Source: Synechococcales cyanobacterium VAR_4_metabat_354
Lineage (GTDB): Bacteria > Cyanobacteriota > Cyanobacteriia > Cyanobacteriales > Chamaesiphonaceae
Direction of reading: 5' to 3'
Assembly (NCBI GenBank): GCA_031414775.1
Contig: JANOQI010000011.1
Coordinates: forward strand, 1 to 64,000
Length of the DNA: 64,000 nt
Shown: in pieces, positions 1 to 8,785 of the stretch
Layout of the letters: each line of letters begins with the position of its first letter
Position numbering within the stretch: the first letter of the stretch is position 1
Made by a program: the position numbers and the translations under genes
Notes under the pieces: generated by a model
The model's input: only the letters and a program-made list of their open reading frames with translations
Databases searched by the model: none
What the model was told of the DNA's origin: nothing

Positions 1-807
1 TTATCAATTCAGAACAAGATTGCAGCGGTTCTTTCTGCCTATGATGACCTGATCGAAAATAACGATCGACGAATCACCCTACTCGAAAAAATGGCAGAGG
101 AAATCTACCGTGAATGGTTTGTCCGTCTGCGCTTTCCAGGACATGAGCAAGTCACATTTCACAAAGGCATCCCCGAAGGTTGGGAAATGGTGAAAATCGC
201 CAAAGCATTTGAGATGACAGGCGGTGGAACCCCATCCAAAGATGAAAATACATATTGGACTGAGGGAGAAATTAATTGGTATACTCCGTCAGATATTACT
301 GCATCAAATGGAATATTCCTTTTTAATTCTGGATTGCAATGTACAGAAGAAGGACTCAATAATAGCTCGGCAAGATTATTTCCTGCCTACTCTATTATGA
401 TGACAAGTAGAGCGACGATTGGAGCAATAGGAATAAACACAACTTCTGCTTGTACAAATCAGGGATTTATTACCTGCATTCCAAATAAAAATTACCCGTC
501 GATATTTTTATATCACTGGCTAAAACTCAACAAAACCTGTTTTGAGATGCTTTCAACTGGCTCAACTTTTGCTGAATTGAGCAAATCTACGTTTAAAAAG
601 ATGAGTATTCTTACCCCAAACAAGGAATTAATTACAAAATTTAATGACAACATTTTACCAATGTTTCAAAGCATAGAAATTCTATTGAAAGAGATTGATA
701 ATCTCAAACAAACACGCGATCGACTCCTAACTCGCTTGATCTCTGGCAAACTCTCCGTCGAAGATCTCGACATCCAATTTCCCCCCAGCATGACTACCGA
801 TGCTTAA
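1..807 (+). CDS. hsdS: Type I restriction-modification specificity subunit, C-terminal part (5' end lies before the window)
   Basis: Frame is open from base 1 (LSIQNKIAAVLSAYDDLIENNDRRITLLEKMAEEIYREWF). Has TRD motifs GGTPSK, SRATIG and NQGF, and the conserved C-terminal helix LKQTRDRLLTRLISGKL. hsdR lies downstream. Confidence 0.95.
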   Translation, partial: LSIQNKIAAVLSAYDDLIENNDRRITLLEKMAEEIYREWFVRLRFPGHEQVTFHKGIPEGWEMVKIAKAFEMTGGGTPSKDENTYWTEGEINWYTPSDITASNGIFLFNSGLQCTEEGLNNSSARLFPAYSIMMTSRATIGAIGINTTSACTNQGFITCIPNKNYPSIFLYHWLKLNKTCFEMLSTGSTFAELSKSTFKKMSILTPNKELITKFNDNILPMFQSIEILLKEIDNLKQTRDRLLTRLISGKLSVEDLDIQFPPSMTTDA

Positions 808-829
808 CCGATTTGAAATCTTCTAGTGG

Positions 830-1057
830 GGTTGGGCGGGTTTTGTTGGAAGGTGATGGTGTTAGACGAGGATTTCTAGCATAAACCCGCCCCTACGGTT
901 GGCTGGAAAAATGCGTCGTCGATTTGTTCATAGATCTGTAGGGGTAGGTGTCTTGTCGTTTTTTTATTCTGGGGGAACCCCAGAATAAAAACGCCGCTTT
1001 ATGCAATCTAATGTTGATGTCACTGTTCGATTTTAAACAAAACCTACCCTCCCCCAC
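830..1057. repeat. REP-like palindromic elements (GTAGGGGCGGGTTT/AAACCCGCCCCTAC type) with an internal 14-bp perfect hairpin
   Basis: GGTTGGGCGGGTTT (830-843) pairs imperfectly with AAACCCGCCCCTAC (883-896). GGGTAGGT (942-949) pairs with ACCTACCC (1042-1049). TTTTTATTCTGGGG-GAA-CCCCAGAATAAAAA lies at 961-991. Confidence 0.6.
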
Positions 1058-1071
1058 CAGGATCTAAAAAG

Positions 1072-1115
1072 ATCTCAGTAAACTAAAATCTCAAAATGAG
1101 ATATAATATTGAGAT
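1072..1115 (+). promoter_or_regulatory. Putative higBA promoter/operator
   Basis: ATCTCA-AAA-TGAGAT palindrome (1088-1102) abuts TATAAT (1102-1107). Extra half-sites: ATCTCA at 1072 and TGAGAT at 1110. Confidence 0.6.
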
Positions 1116-1133
1116 TAACGGATCTAAACGCAA

Positions 1134-1421
1134 ATGCACATAATCAGCCGAAAAAGACTGGTGCTATTCGTCAAGGTTCATGCAGACTCGGAAACCTCAC
1201 TAGATACTTGGTACAGAACCGCCAAAGCCGCCGAATGGCAAAATTTAGTCGAGCTTAGAGAAGCTTATCCTTCAGCCGATTTAGTGGGTATTTATACGGT
1301 TTTCAACATCAAAGGCAATCATTACCGATTGATAGCTGAAATCAACTACCGAAGCGGCACTATCTTTGTCCGAGATATCTTAACCCATGCAGAATACGAT
1401 AAGGAGCAATGGAAATCATGA
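1134..1421 (+). CDS. higB: HigB-family toxin (RelE-like mRNA interferase)
   Basis: 95 aa. MHIISRK start, YPSADLVG, VFNIKGNHYRLI and LTHAEYDK are typical HigB motifs. Toxin-first gene order. Confidence 0.9.
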   Translation: MHIISRKRLVLFVKVHADSETSLDTWYRTAKAAEWQNLVELREAYPSADLVGIYTVFNIKGNHYRLIAEINYRSGTIFVRDILTHAEYDKEQWKS

Positions 1422-1819
1422 CTGCTATATTAGATCGAGAATATGCAGAATTACTAGCAGCAACGCAACCAAAAGCGATCGAAACAGAAGAAGAAAACGA
1501 GTTTTACTTAGCCGAAGTTACTAAATTAATGCAGCTAGGCGAGACACTTTCCCCCGCCCAAGAGCGGTTACTCAAACTTTTGGTAAATTTGATTGAAAGC
1601 TTTGAAGAACGGCACTATCAACTAAAACCCGCTACTCCCTTAGAAATTTTAACTGAATTGGTCAGCGATCGAGGATTCAAGCAAAAAGACCTCATCCCAG
1701 TATTTGGTTCTCAAGGGGTAGCTTCTGAGGTACTCAATGGGAAGCGCGGAATCAGTAAAACTCATACTAAGGCATTAGGCGAGTTTTTCAAGGTTTCCCC
1801 TACGCTATTTTTCGATTAG
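1409..1819 (+). CDS. higA: HigA-family antitoxin (HTH)
   Basis: Overlaps the higB stop. C-terminal HTH (KQKDLIPVFGSQGVASEVLNGKRGIS). Alternative start at 1418. Confidence 0.88.
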   Translation: MEIMTAILDREYAELLAATQPKAIETEEENEFYLAEVTKLMQLGETLSPAQERLLKLLVNLIESFEERHYQLKPATPLEILTELVSDRGFKQKDLIPVFGSQGVASEVLNGKRGISKTHTKALGEFFKVSPTLFFD

Positions 1820-1837
1820 TAAGCTTAAAGAGTTGAT

Positions 1838-2128
1838 TCAAGAAAATGAGCCATGCCGTTGATTTGTCTCGACTAATCGACCAGTGACATATTTATGAAT
1901 AACACTGGAAATGAGGGTTTGATAGGGGATACCTTCTTCGATAGCTCTAGCTTGAATACCTTCTAAATCTGCTGAAGATAGACGTAATGTGATGCGCTTA
2001 TCTTTAGCAATTGCTGCTTTTGCATAACTTTGCAATTCCAGTAGGCGATTTGGCTCTTGTACCGATTGCCATTCTCCCGACTCAAATGTTTCTAAAAGTT
2101 CTTGTTCTTCACGATCGAGTTCATTCAT
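1838..2128 (-). CDS. CopG/ribbon-helix-helix antitoxin (BrnA-like)
   Basis: RHH motif KDKRITLRLSSADLEGIQARAIEEGIPYQTLISSVIHKYV. ATG at 2128 overlaps the toxin stop. Confidence 0.82.
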   Translation of the reverse strand: MNELDREEQELLETFESGEWQSVQEPNRLLELQSYAKAAIAKDKRITLRLSSADLEGIQARAIEEGIPYQTLISSVIHKYVTGRLVETNQRHGSFS

Positions 2129-2408
2129 TACTGTTACTTCCACTAAGATACTGTTTTGTTGCTTTCCGTGATGGAATAATAGTCTTCAAAAAAATCTCTG
2201 TATCTGTTTCTACATAAGGAACTAAATAAACATATTCCTTGATTTTGACTATTAATAAACGTTGGTTGGGATATTTTTCTCGATCGGGATGGATGAGATC
2301 GTCAAGGGTGTTTCCTTGCTGAATTGCTACCAAAACGGCTTCAAATGACACGTCACGCTCAGACTTGAGCTTTTCATTCTTTGACCCGTCCCATCGAATA
2401 TCTTTCAT
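2121..2408 (-). CDS. BrnT-like toxin
   Basis: WDGSKNEKLKSERDVSFE N-terminus and LKTIIPSRKATKQY C-terminus. 95 aa, coupled to the RHH antitoxin. Confidence 0.82.
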   Translation of the reverse strand: MKDIRWDGSKNEKLKSERDVSFEAVLVAIQQGNTLDDLIHPDREKYPNQRLLIVKIKEYVYLVPYVETDTEIFLKTIIPSRKATKQYLSGSNSNE

Positions 2409-2414
2409 CTGTCA

Positions 2415-2444
2415 ATCATACTGCCATTGTACATACAATGACAA
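2415..2444 (-). promoter_or_regulatory. Putative promoter/operator of the BrnT-like TA operon, probably leaderless
   Basis: Minus strand reads TTGTCA(2444-2439)-N18-TATGAT(2420-2415), 6 nt before the ATG. Palindrome CATTGTA-CA-TACAATG (2425-2440) lies mostly in the spacer. Confidence 0.6.
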
Positions 2445-2557
2445 CAGACAGGGAGCATCGCGGAGGGTAATAATTCAAATTTTGCTGTCAATGCCCAAAC
2501 TACAGGGCAAAATAAGTAAAGCAGATTCCACCGTGCGTTACAGATCGCGGTTTCCCA

Positions 2558-5500
2558 ATGCCTAATTTCATTTCCGAAGACGACATCGAACAGGCGGTTC
2601 TCCAAAAACTCCATCAGCAGCACGGTTTTCAACTCCTCAACTGCTACACCGTCGATCCCAACGACCTCAACGATCGATCCAACCGCACCGATAAACATGA
2701 TGTCATCTTAATCGATCGACTCAAAGCCGCCGCCCTCCGCCTCAATCCTGGACTACCAGCACACGCGATCGACAAAGCCTTAGCCATCCTTACCGATAGC
2801 CGCTCGGTAATGTCTCCAATCGCCGCCAACCGCGCCGTAGATGGACTGATTCGCGATGGGATCTCGATCGAATATGAAAACGAGCGCGGTAGAACCGAAC
2901 ATGGGCGCGTGCGCGTCATCGATTTTAACGACTTCAACTCCGCCGAGAATGCCCCTCAAACCAACGAATACCTCGCCGTCTCTCAACTCTGGATTAAAGG
3001 AAAACAGACCTATCGCCGCCCCGATATCCTGCTCTACATCAACGGTTTGCCCCTAGTCTTCATCGAACTTAAAAACTCCAACGTCAAACTTCAAACCGCC
3101 TTCGACGACAACCTCACCAACTACAAACGCGATATTCCCCAACTCTTCCACACCAACGCTTTCTGCATCCTCTCCAACGCTCTCGAAACCAAGATCGGCA
3201 GCTTTACCGCCACCTGGGAATACTTCTTCCCCTGGTTCCGTGCCGATGATGAGAAAGAAAAGATCGATCGAGACGGCATCGAATCATCTGCTACCAGTCT
3301 AGAACGGGCGATTCTAGGGCTTTGCTCCCCGCCCAAACTGTTGGACTACATCGAAAATTTCATCCTCTATCACAAAGAAACCCAGAAAATCATCGCCCAG
3401 AACCACCAGTTTATCGGCGTGAATAAAGCGATCGAATCCTTCGCCAATCGGGAAGCCAAAGATGGCAAATTAGGCGTATTCTGGCATACCCAGGGTTCGG
3501 GTAAGAGCTTCTCGATGATTTTCTATACCCGTAAAATTAACCGCAAACTCACAGGTAACTTCACCTTCGTTATCATCACCGACAGAGACGATCTCGATCG
3601 GCAAATTTATCTGAATTTTCTCAATACTGAAACAGTTAAACAAAAAGATGCCGCCCAACCCAAGAACAGCGCACAGATGCGCGAGTTTCTGTCTCAAAAC
3701 AAACCGATCATCTTTACCCTGATTCAGAAATTCCGCTACGACAAAGGCAAAAAGTATCCGATTTTGAGCGATCGCAACGACATTATCGTAATTATTGATG
3801 AAGCTCACCGTACCCAATACAACACCCTCGCCGAAAATCTACGGGCAGGTCTGCCCAACGCTAACTATCTAGCTTTTACAGGTACTCCTTTACTCGGAAC
3901 CGATCGCAAGACCAATGCCTGGTTTGGCGGTTACGTTAGCGAATACAACTTCTCCCAATCGATGGATGAGGGGGCAACCGTGCCGTTATTCTATGAAAAG
4001 CGCGTCCCAGAAGTACTGATCCAAAACGAAGATTTAAGCGCGGAGTTTTACGAGATCCTCGAAGATGAAGATTTAGATGATAGCCAACAGGCAAAGCTCG
4101 AACGAAAATTTGCTAGCGAGTTAGAAGTCATCAAACGAGACGATCGATTAGAGACTATTGCCAAAGACATTGTTTACCACTTTCCTCGGCGCGGATACTT
4201 GGGCAAAAGCTTAGTGGTATCGGTAGATAAGTTTACTGCTGTCAAAATGTACGAAAAAGTCCAGCACCAATGGAAAGCAGAAATCAAAAATCTGGTAGGC
4301 AGCATTAAAAATTCTCATAACGATATCGAAAAAGCCCAACTCAAAAAGATTTTAGACTTCATGCGTGCCACCGATATGGGTGTAGTGATCAGCCTCGAAA
4401 ATAGTGATGCTGAAATCGATCGCTTTGCCAAACAAGGACTAGATCTAAAGCCCCACCGCGATCGACTTCAGACAGTGGATCAAGAAGGCCATGATATCGA
4501 GTACCAGTTCAAAGATGCCGACCATCCCCTCCGATTGGTTTTCGTTTGTGCTATGTGGTTGACCGGATTTGATATGCCCAGCCTGTCTACGCTCTACCTA
4601 GACAAACCTATGAAAGACCATACGCTAATGCAGACGATCGCGCGGGCTAATCGGGTCAGCTCTCACGCGATCAATAACGTCACTAAGTCCAATGGTGAAA
4701 TTATTGATTATTACAATGTCTTTCGCAACATGAAAAAAGCCCTGAAAGACTATGCTCTGGGCGATAATCCTACTCAAGATGGAGAAGACTTTGACTCCCC
4801 CATTCAGCCAAAATCCAACCTGTTTGCTTTGCTAGACGATGCGATTCAGCAAGGACTCACCTTCTGCCGTGAGCACCAAATTGATCTCGAAAGTCTTTTG
4901 GCAACCGGAGACATCTTTAAAAGCCTAGAACAGTTCAAGCAGTTCGCCGATATTTTATTGGAAAGAGACGAATTGCGTAAAACATTCGCGGTTTATGACA
5001 ACACCATTAGCTCTCTTTACGAAGCCTGTAAACCAGAGATTTTAAGACAACAACGCCCGCTAATTCCGGCTTTTCAATACCTTCGAGGTGTAATCGACAG
5101 CATCGTCGATCGAACCAATATTGATTCTGTCAGCCTCAAAATTTCCGAATTACTCGATCAAAGTGTCGTTGCTGATGATCGAGATCCAAATCCAAAAGAA
5201 AATCCAGGACAATATAAATATACACTCATCCAAACCGGCAAAATCTGGGATTTGAGTAAGGTCAACTTCGAACAGCTCAAAACTGAGTTCAAAGACAAAT
5301 CCTACAAAAATATCGAAATCGCCGATCTCCGTAGCTTTATGGAAGACAAGCTTAACCAAATGCTTCAGCAAAATACCACCCGCACCGACTTTGCCAGAAG
5401 GTTACAGGAAATCATCGATCGATACAATGTAGACGGTTCAACTACCGAGAACTATTACGAAGCCTTGGTGGATTTTGCCCAAAACCTGCAACAGGAGTCA

Positions 5501-5830
5501 GAGCGGCATATGCGCGAAGGCTTGACTGAAGACGAATTGGAGCTATTCGATCTCCTCAAAAAAGATCACATGACTGTGGAAGAAACTCAAAAAGTTAGGC
5601 TGGCAGCTAAATCTCTGTTAGAGCGCTTAATCTCTACTCAGCCCAAAGTACTGGTGCAAGACTGGTACAAAAATGACCAGAGCCAACGCCAGGTCAAATC
5701 TACAGTAGAGACGGTTTTGGATCAAAATCTCCCGAAAAGTTATGAGCGGACAATCTTTAAAGCTAAGTGTGATAATGTATTTGACCTAATTTTTACTCTT
5801 TCTAGCACAGGACAAAAGTGGGCGGTATAG
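2558..5830 (+). CDS. hsdR: Type I restriction endonuclease subunit R
   Basis: 1090 aa. Nuclease motif RRPDILLYINGLPLVFIELKN; helicase motifs WHTQGSGKS, IIDEAHR, FTGTP, MWLTGFD and QTIARANR. Confidence 0.97.
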   Translation: MPNFISEDDIEQAVLQKLHQQHGFQLLNCYTVDPNDLNDRSNRTDKHDVILIDRLKAAALRLNPGLPAHAIDKALAILTDSRSVMSPIAANRAVDGLIRDGISIEYENERGRTEHGRVRVIDFNDFNSAENAPQTNEYLAVSQLWIKGKQTYRRPDILLYINGLPLVFIELKNSNVKLQTAFDDNLTNYKRDIPQLFHTNAFCILSNALETKIGSFTATWEYFFPWFRADDEKEKIDRDGIESSATSLERAILGLCSPPKLLDYIENFILYHKETQKIIAQNHQFIGVNKAIESFANREAKDGKLGVFWHTQGSGKSFSMIFYTRKINRKLTGNFTFVIITDRDDLDRQIYLNFLNTETVKQKDAAQPKNSAQMREFLSQNKPIIFTLIQKFRYDKGKKYPILSDRNDIIVIIDEAHRTQYNTLAENLRAGLPNANYLAFTGTPLLGTDRKTNAWFGGYVSEYNFSQSMDEGATVPLFYEKRVPEVLIQNEDLSAEFYEILEDEDLDDSQQAKLERKFASELEVIKRDDRLETIAKDIVYHFPRRGYLGKSLVVSVDKFTAVKMYEKVQHQWKAEIKNLVGSIKNSHNDIEKAQLKKILDFMRATDMGVVISLENSDAEIDRFAKQGLDLKPHRDRLQTVDQEGHDIEYQFKDADHPLRLVFVCAMWLTGFDMPSLSTLYLDKPMKDHTLMQTIARANRVSSHAINNVTKSNGEIIDYYNVFRNMKKALKDYALGDNPTQDGEDFDSPIQPKSNLFALLDDAIQQGLTFCREHQIDLESLLATGDIFKSLEQFKQFADILLERDELRKTFAVYDNTISSLYEACKPEILRQQRPLIPAFQYLRGVIDSIVDRTNIDSVSLKISELLDQSVVADDRDPNPKENPGQYKYTLIQTGKIWDLSKVNFEQLKTEFKDKSYKNIEIADLRSFMEDKLNQMLQQNTTRTDFARRLQEIIDRYNVDGSTTENYYEALVDFAQNLQQESERHMREGLTEDELELFDLLKKDHMTVEETQKVRLAAKSLLERLISTQPKVLVQDWYKNDQSQRQVKSTVETVLDQNLPKSYERTIFKAKCDNVFDLIFTLSSTGQKWAV

Positions 5831-5947
5831 AAAGAGGAATTATCACCTCGGACACCTGTGCATACTTGCGCCCAAAGCGATCGAACCATATAGTACGAAT
5901 GGACTTGTACTCGCAATATTGCCAAATATAGTTAAGGCTGGACTGCT

Positions 5948-7240
5948 ATGAAAATTCTGCATCTATCTGACATTCATATGGGCAGCGGCTTCGCCCATGG
6001 ACGGGTGAATCCAGCCACTGGACTAAATACCCGCCTGGAAGATTTTATTAAGTCTTTAACCGCTTGTATCGATCGAGCCATCCAAGAACCCGTCGATGTG
6101 GTGTTGTTTGGAGGCGATGCCTTCCCGGATGCGACCCCCGCCCCCTATATTCAAGAAGCCTTTGCTAGCCAGTTTCGGCGACTCGCCGATCACCAAATTC
6201 CCACCATTCTATTGGTGGGCAATCATGACCAACACGCCCAAGGTCAAGGCGGTGCCAGCCTATCGATTTATCGCACCCTTGGTGTACCAGGAATTATGGT
6301 GGGCGATCGACTGACCACTCACCAAATTGATACGAAGAATGGCCAGCTGCAAGTTCTGACAATTCCCTGGATTAATCGATCGGCCTTACTGACCCGCCCG
6401 GAATCGGAGAAACTTTCCCTTAGTGAAGTGAATGATTTGCTCCTGAGCCGCTTGGAGCCAGCCCTGGAAGGAGAAATTCGCCAGCTCAATCCCAATATCC
6501 CCACCATTCTTCTTGGCCATTTAATGGCTGATAACGCCAGGCTTGGGGCTGAGAAATTACTGGCAGTCGGCAAAGGCTTCAGTATGCCAGTTTCAATGCT
6601 GACCCGATCTTGCTTCGACTATGTAGCACTCGGCCATGTCCATCGCCACCAAAACCTCAACAAATCTAACAATCCGCCAGTGGTTTATCCCGGCAGCATC
6701 GAGCGGGTGGATTTCAGTGAAGAAAAAGAAGACAAGGGCTATGTACTGATTACGATCCAACCGGCGGCGAGTCCAGCACTCACGCCCTTCGATCGACCTT
6801 TCCAGGTGGCATGGGAATTCTGTACTTTGCCAGTGCGGCCTTTTGTGACGGTCAAAGTAGATGCCAGCAGTGCCGAAGATCCCCAAGCCCTGATTTTGAA
6901 GGCGATCGACAAAGCCCAGCTCGAAAATGCGGTAGTAAGGTTGGTTTATCAGATTACACCCCAGCAAACCGAGCTAATTAGTACCCCCCAGCTTCATGAA
7001 CTTTTATTGATCGCTCATAGTTACACTATTCAAGCTGAGTTAATCAGTCAGCTCACTCAGCCCCGCTTGCCAGAATTAGGTTGTAGTGCCAGCAGTCCGA
7101 TCGATGCTTTAACAACTTACCTAGATAATCGCCCAGACTTAGTGGCTATTAGTACGGCCATGCTGGCTGCTGCTCAAGATTTGTTGGCTAAAGACGATGT
7201 ATTATCAGAGAAATTGCTAGTAGAAGCGGCGACACCATAA
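5948..7240 (+). CDS. sbcD: Exonuclease SbcCD subunit D
   Basis: Metallophosphoesterase motifs HLSDIH, GGDAF, GNHD, LGHVH and YPGSIERVDF. Confidence 0.92.
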   Translation: MKILHLSDIHMGSGFAHGRVNPATGLNTRLEDFIKSLTACIDRAIQEPVDVVLFGGDAFPDATPAPYIQEAFASQFRRLADHQIPTILLVGNHDQHAQGQGGASLSIYRTLGVPGIMVGDRLTTHQIDTKNGQLQVLTIPWINRSALLTRPESEKLSLSEVNDLLLSRLEPALEGEIRQLNPNIPTILLGHLMADNARLGAEKLLAVGKGFSMPVSMLTRSCFDYVALGHVHRHQNLNKSNNPPVVYPGSIERVDFSEEKEDKGYVLITIQPAASPALTPFDRPFQVAWEFCTLPVRPFVTVKVDASSAEDPQALILKAIDKAQLENAVVRLVYQITPQQTELISTPQLHELLLIAHSYTIQAELISQLTQPRLPELGCSASSPIDALTTYLDNRPDLVAISTAMLAAAQDLLAKDDVLSEKLLVEAATP

Positions 7241-7242
7241 CC

Positions 7243-8772
7243 ATGGAAAACTTTAACTGGGGAAAACTCCAAAATGGCTCAGATCTGCGCGGCGTTGCCC
7301 TAGAGGGCGTTGTTGGCGAACAGGTCAATCTCACACCAGCTATTGCCATGGTTCTCGGTCAAGCCTTCACTGATTGGCTCAGTCAAAAAGTTGGCAAACC
7401 TAGCACCGAATTAACGGTTGCGATCGGACGGGATAGTCGCCTCTCGGGACCAGCCTTAATGCAAGCAGTGACAAAGGGCATCACTGCCATCGGCAGCCAA
7501 GTGTATGACTTTGGGCTGGCTTCCACCCCAGCCATGTTTATGAGTACCATTACCCCTGGTTTTGAGTGTGATGGAGCGATTATGCTGACCGCCAGTCATT
7601 TACCGTTTAATCGCAATGGTTTAAAGTTTTTCACGGCTCAAGGTGGCTTGCAGAAAAAAGATATCACCGACATCTTGGCATTAGCTGCTGCTAATGTTTT
7701 TGAGCTGGCCGCTACTCCTGGCTTAATTACGGCTCGTGACTTCATGTCAGTTTATGCCCAGCAACTGGTGGCCAAGATTCAGGAAGGAGTTAACCATCCC
7801 GATAATTTTGCACAGCCCTTGGCCGGATTGAAAATTGTAGTAGATGCCGGTAATGGAGCCGGGGGATTTTATGTCGATCGCGTGTTGCAGCCGTTGGGCG
7901 CAGATACGACTGGTAGCCAGTTTTTAGAACCCGATGGCACTTTTCCCAACCATATACCTAATCCCGAAGACCCTACCGCTATTCAATCAATTTGCCAAGC
8001 AGTTATCACCAATCAAGCTGATTTTGGGATTATCTTTGATACCGATGTCGATCGGAGTGGAGCTGTTGACCAAACTGGCAAAGAACTCAACCGCAATCGG
8101 TTAATTGCCCTGCTGGCCGCGATTGTTTTACAAGAACATCCTGGCTCCACCATTGTGACCGATTCAATTACTTCTGACGGATTAACTAAATTTATTGAGC
8201 AAGACTTGCAGGGCAAGCATCATCGCTTTAAGCGTGGTTACAAAAATGTGATTGATGAGTCTATCCGACTTAATCAAGCTGGACAAGAATCCTGGTTAGC
8301 GATCGAAACCTCTGGACATGGAGCCTTTCAAGAAAATTACTTTTTGGACGATGGGGCTTACTCGATTGGCAAGCTTTTGATTGAACTAGCTAAATCTCAA
8401 CTGGCTGGCCAGTCTTTACCAAATTTAATTGCCAATCTACCAGAGCCAATCGAAAACGGTGAATTTCGGATCAAAATCACCGGAGACGATTTTAAAGCTT
8501 ACGGGATTCAAGTTATTGAACAATTGCAAAGTTTTGTCTCCAGTCAGTCCGATTGGCAGATCGTACCCAATAACTATGAAGGTGTGCGTATCTCTTGTTT
8601 AGCAGCTACCGAATCGGGCTGGTGCTTATTGCGCTTATCACTACATGATCCGGTGATGCCGCTGAACATTGAGTCCAACGTACCCGGTGGTGTTGGCCAA
8701 ATCCGCGATCGACTCCTGGCATTTCTACAAAATATGGAATCTCTCGACTTATCAGCACTAGCTGCTAACTAG
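7243..8772 (+). CDS. Phosphomannomutase/phosphoglucomutase
   Basis: Catalytic Ser loop TASHLP, metal loop FDTDVDR, plus GRDSR and IETSGH. Confidence 0.92.
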   Translation: MENFNWGKLQNGSDLRGVALEGVVGEQVNLTPAIAMVLGQAFTDWLSQKVGKPSTELTVAIGRDSRLSGPALMQAVTKGITAIGSQVYDFGLASTPAMFMSTITPGFECDGAIMLTASHLPFNRNGLKFFTAQGGLQKKDITDILALAAANVFELAATPGLITARDFMSVYAQQLVAKIQEGVNHPDNFAQPLAGLKIVVDAGNGAGGFYVDRVLQPLGADTTGSQFLEPDGTFPNHIPNPEDPTAIQSICQAVITNQADFGIIFDTDVDRSGAVDQTGKELNRNRLIALLAAIVLQEHPGSTIVTDSITSDGLTKFIEQDLQGKHHRFKRGYKNVIDESIRLNQAGQESWLAIETSGHGAFQENYFLDDGAYSIGKLLIELAKSQLAGQSLPNLIANLPEPIENGEFRIKITGDDFKAYGIQVIEQLQSFVSSQSDWQIVPNNYEGVRISCLAATESGWCLLRLSLHDPVMPLNIESNVPGGVGQIRDRLLAFLQNMESLDLSALAAN

Positions 8773-8785
8773 ATTTTCAGATTGC

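Noticed and set aside
5948..7240. sbcD as part of the defence island
   Set aside because: It looks like the ordinary housekeeping SbcD, coupled to a phosphomannomutase gene; separation from sbcC is common in cyanobacteria.
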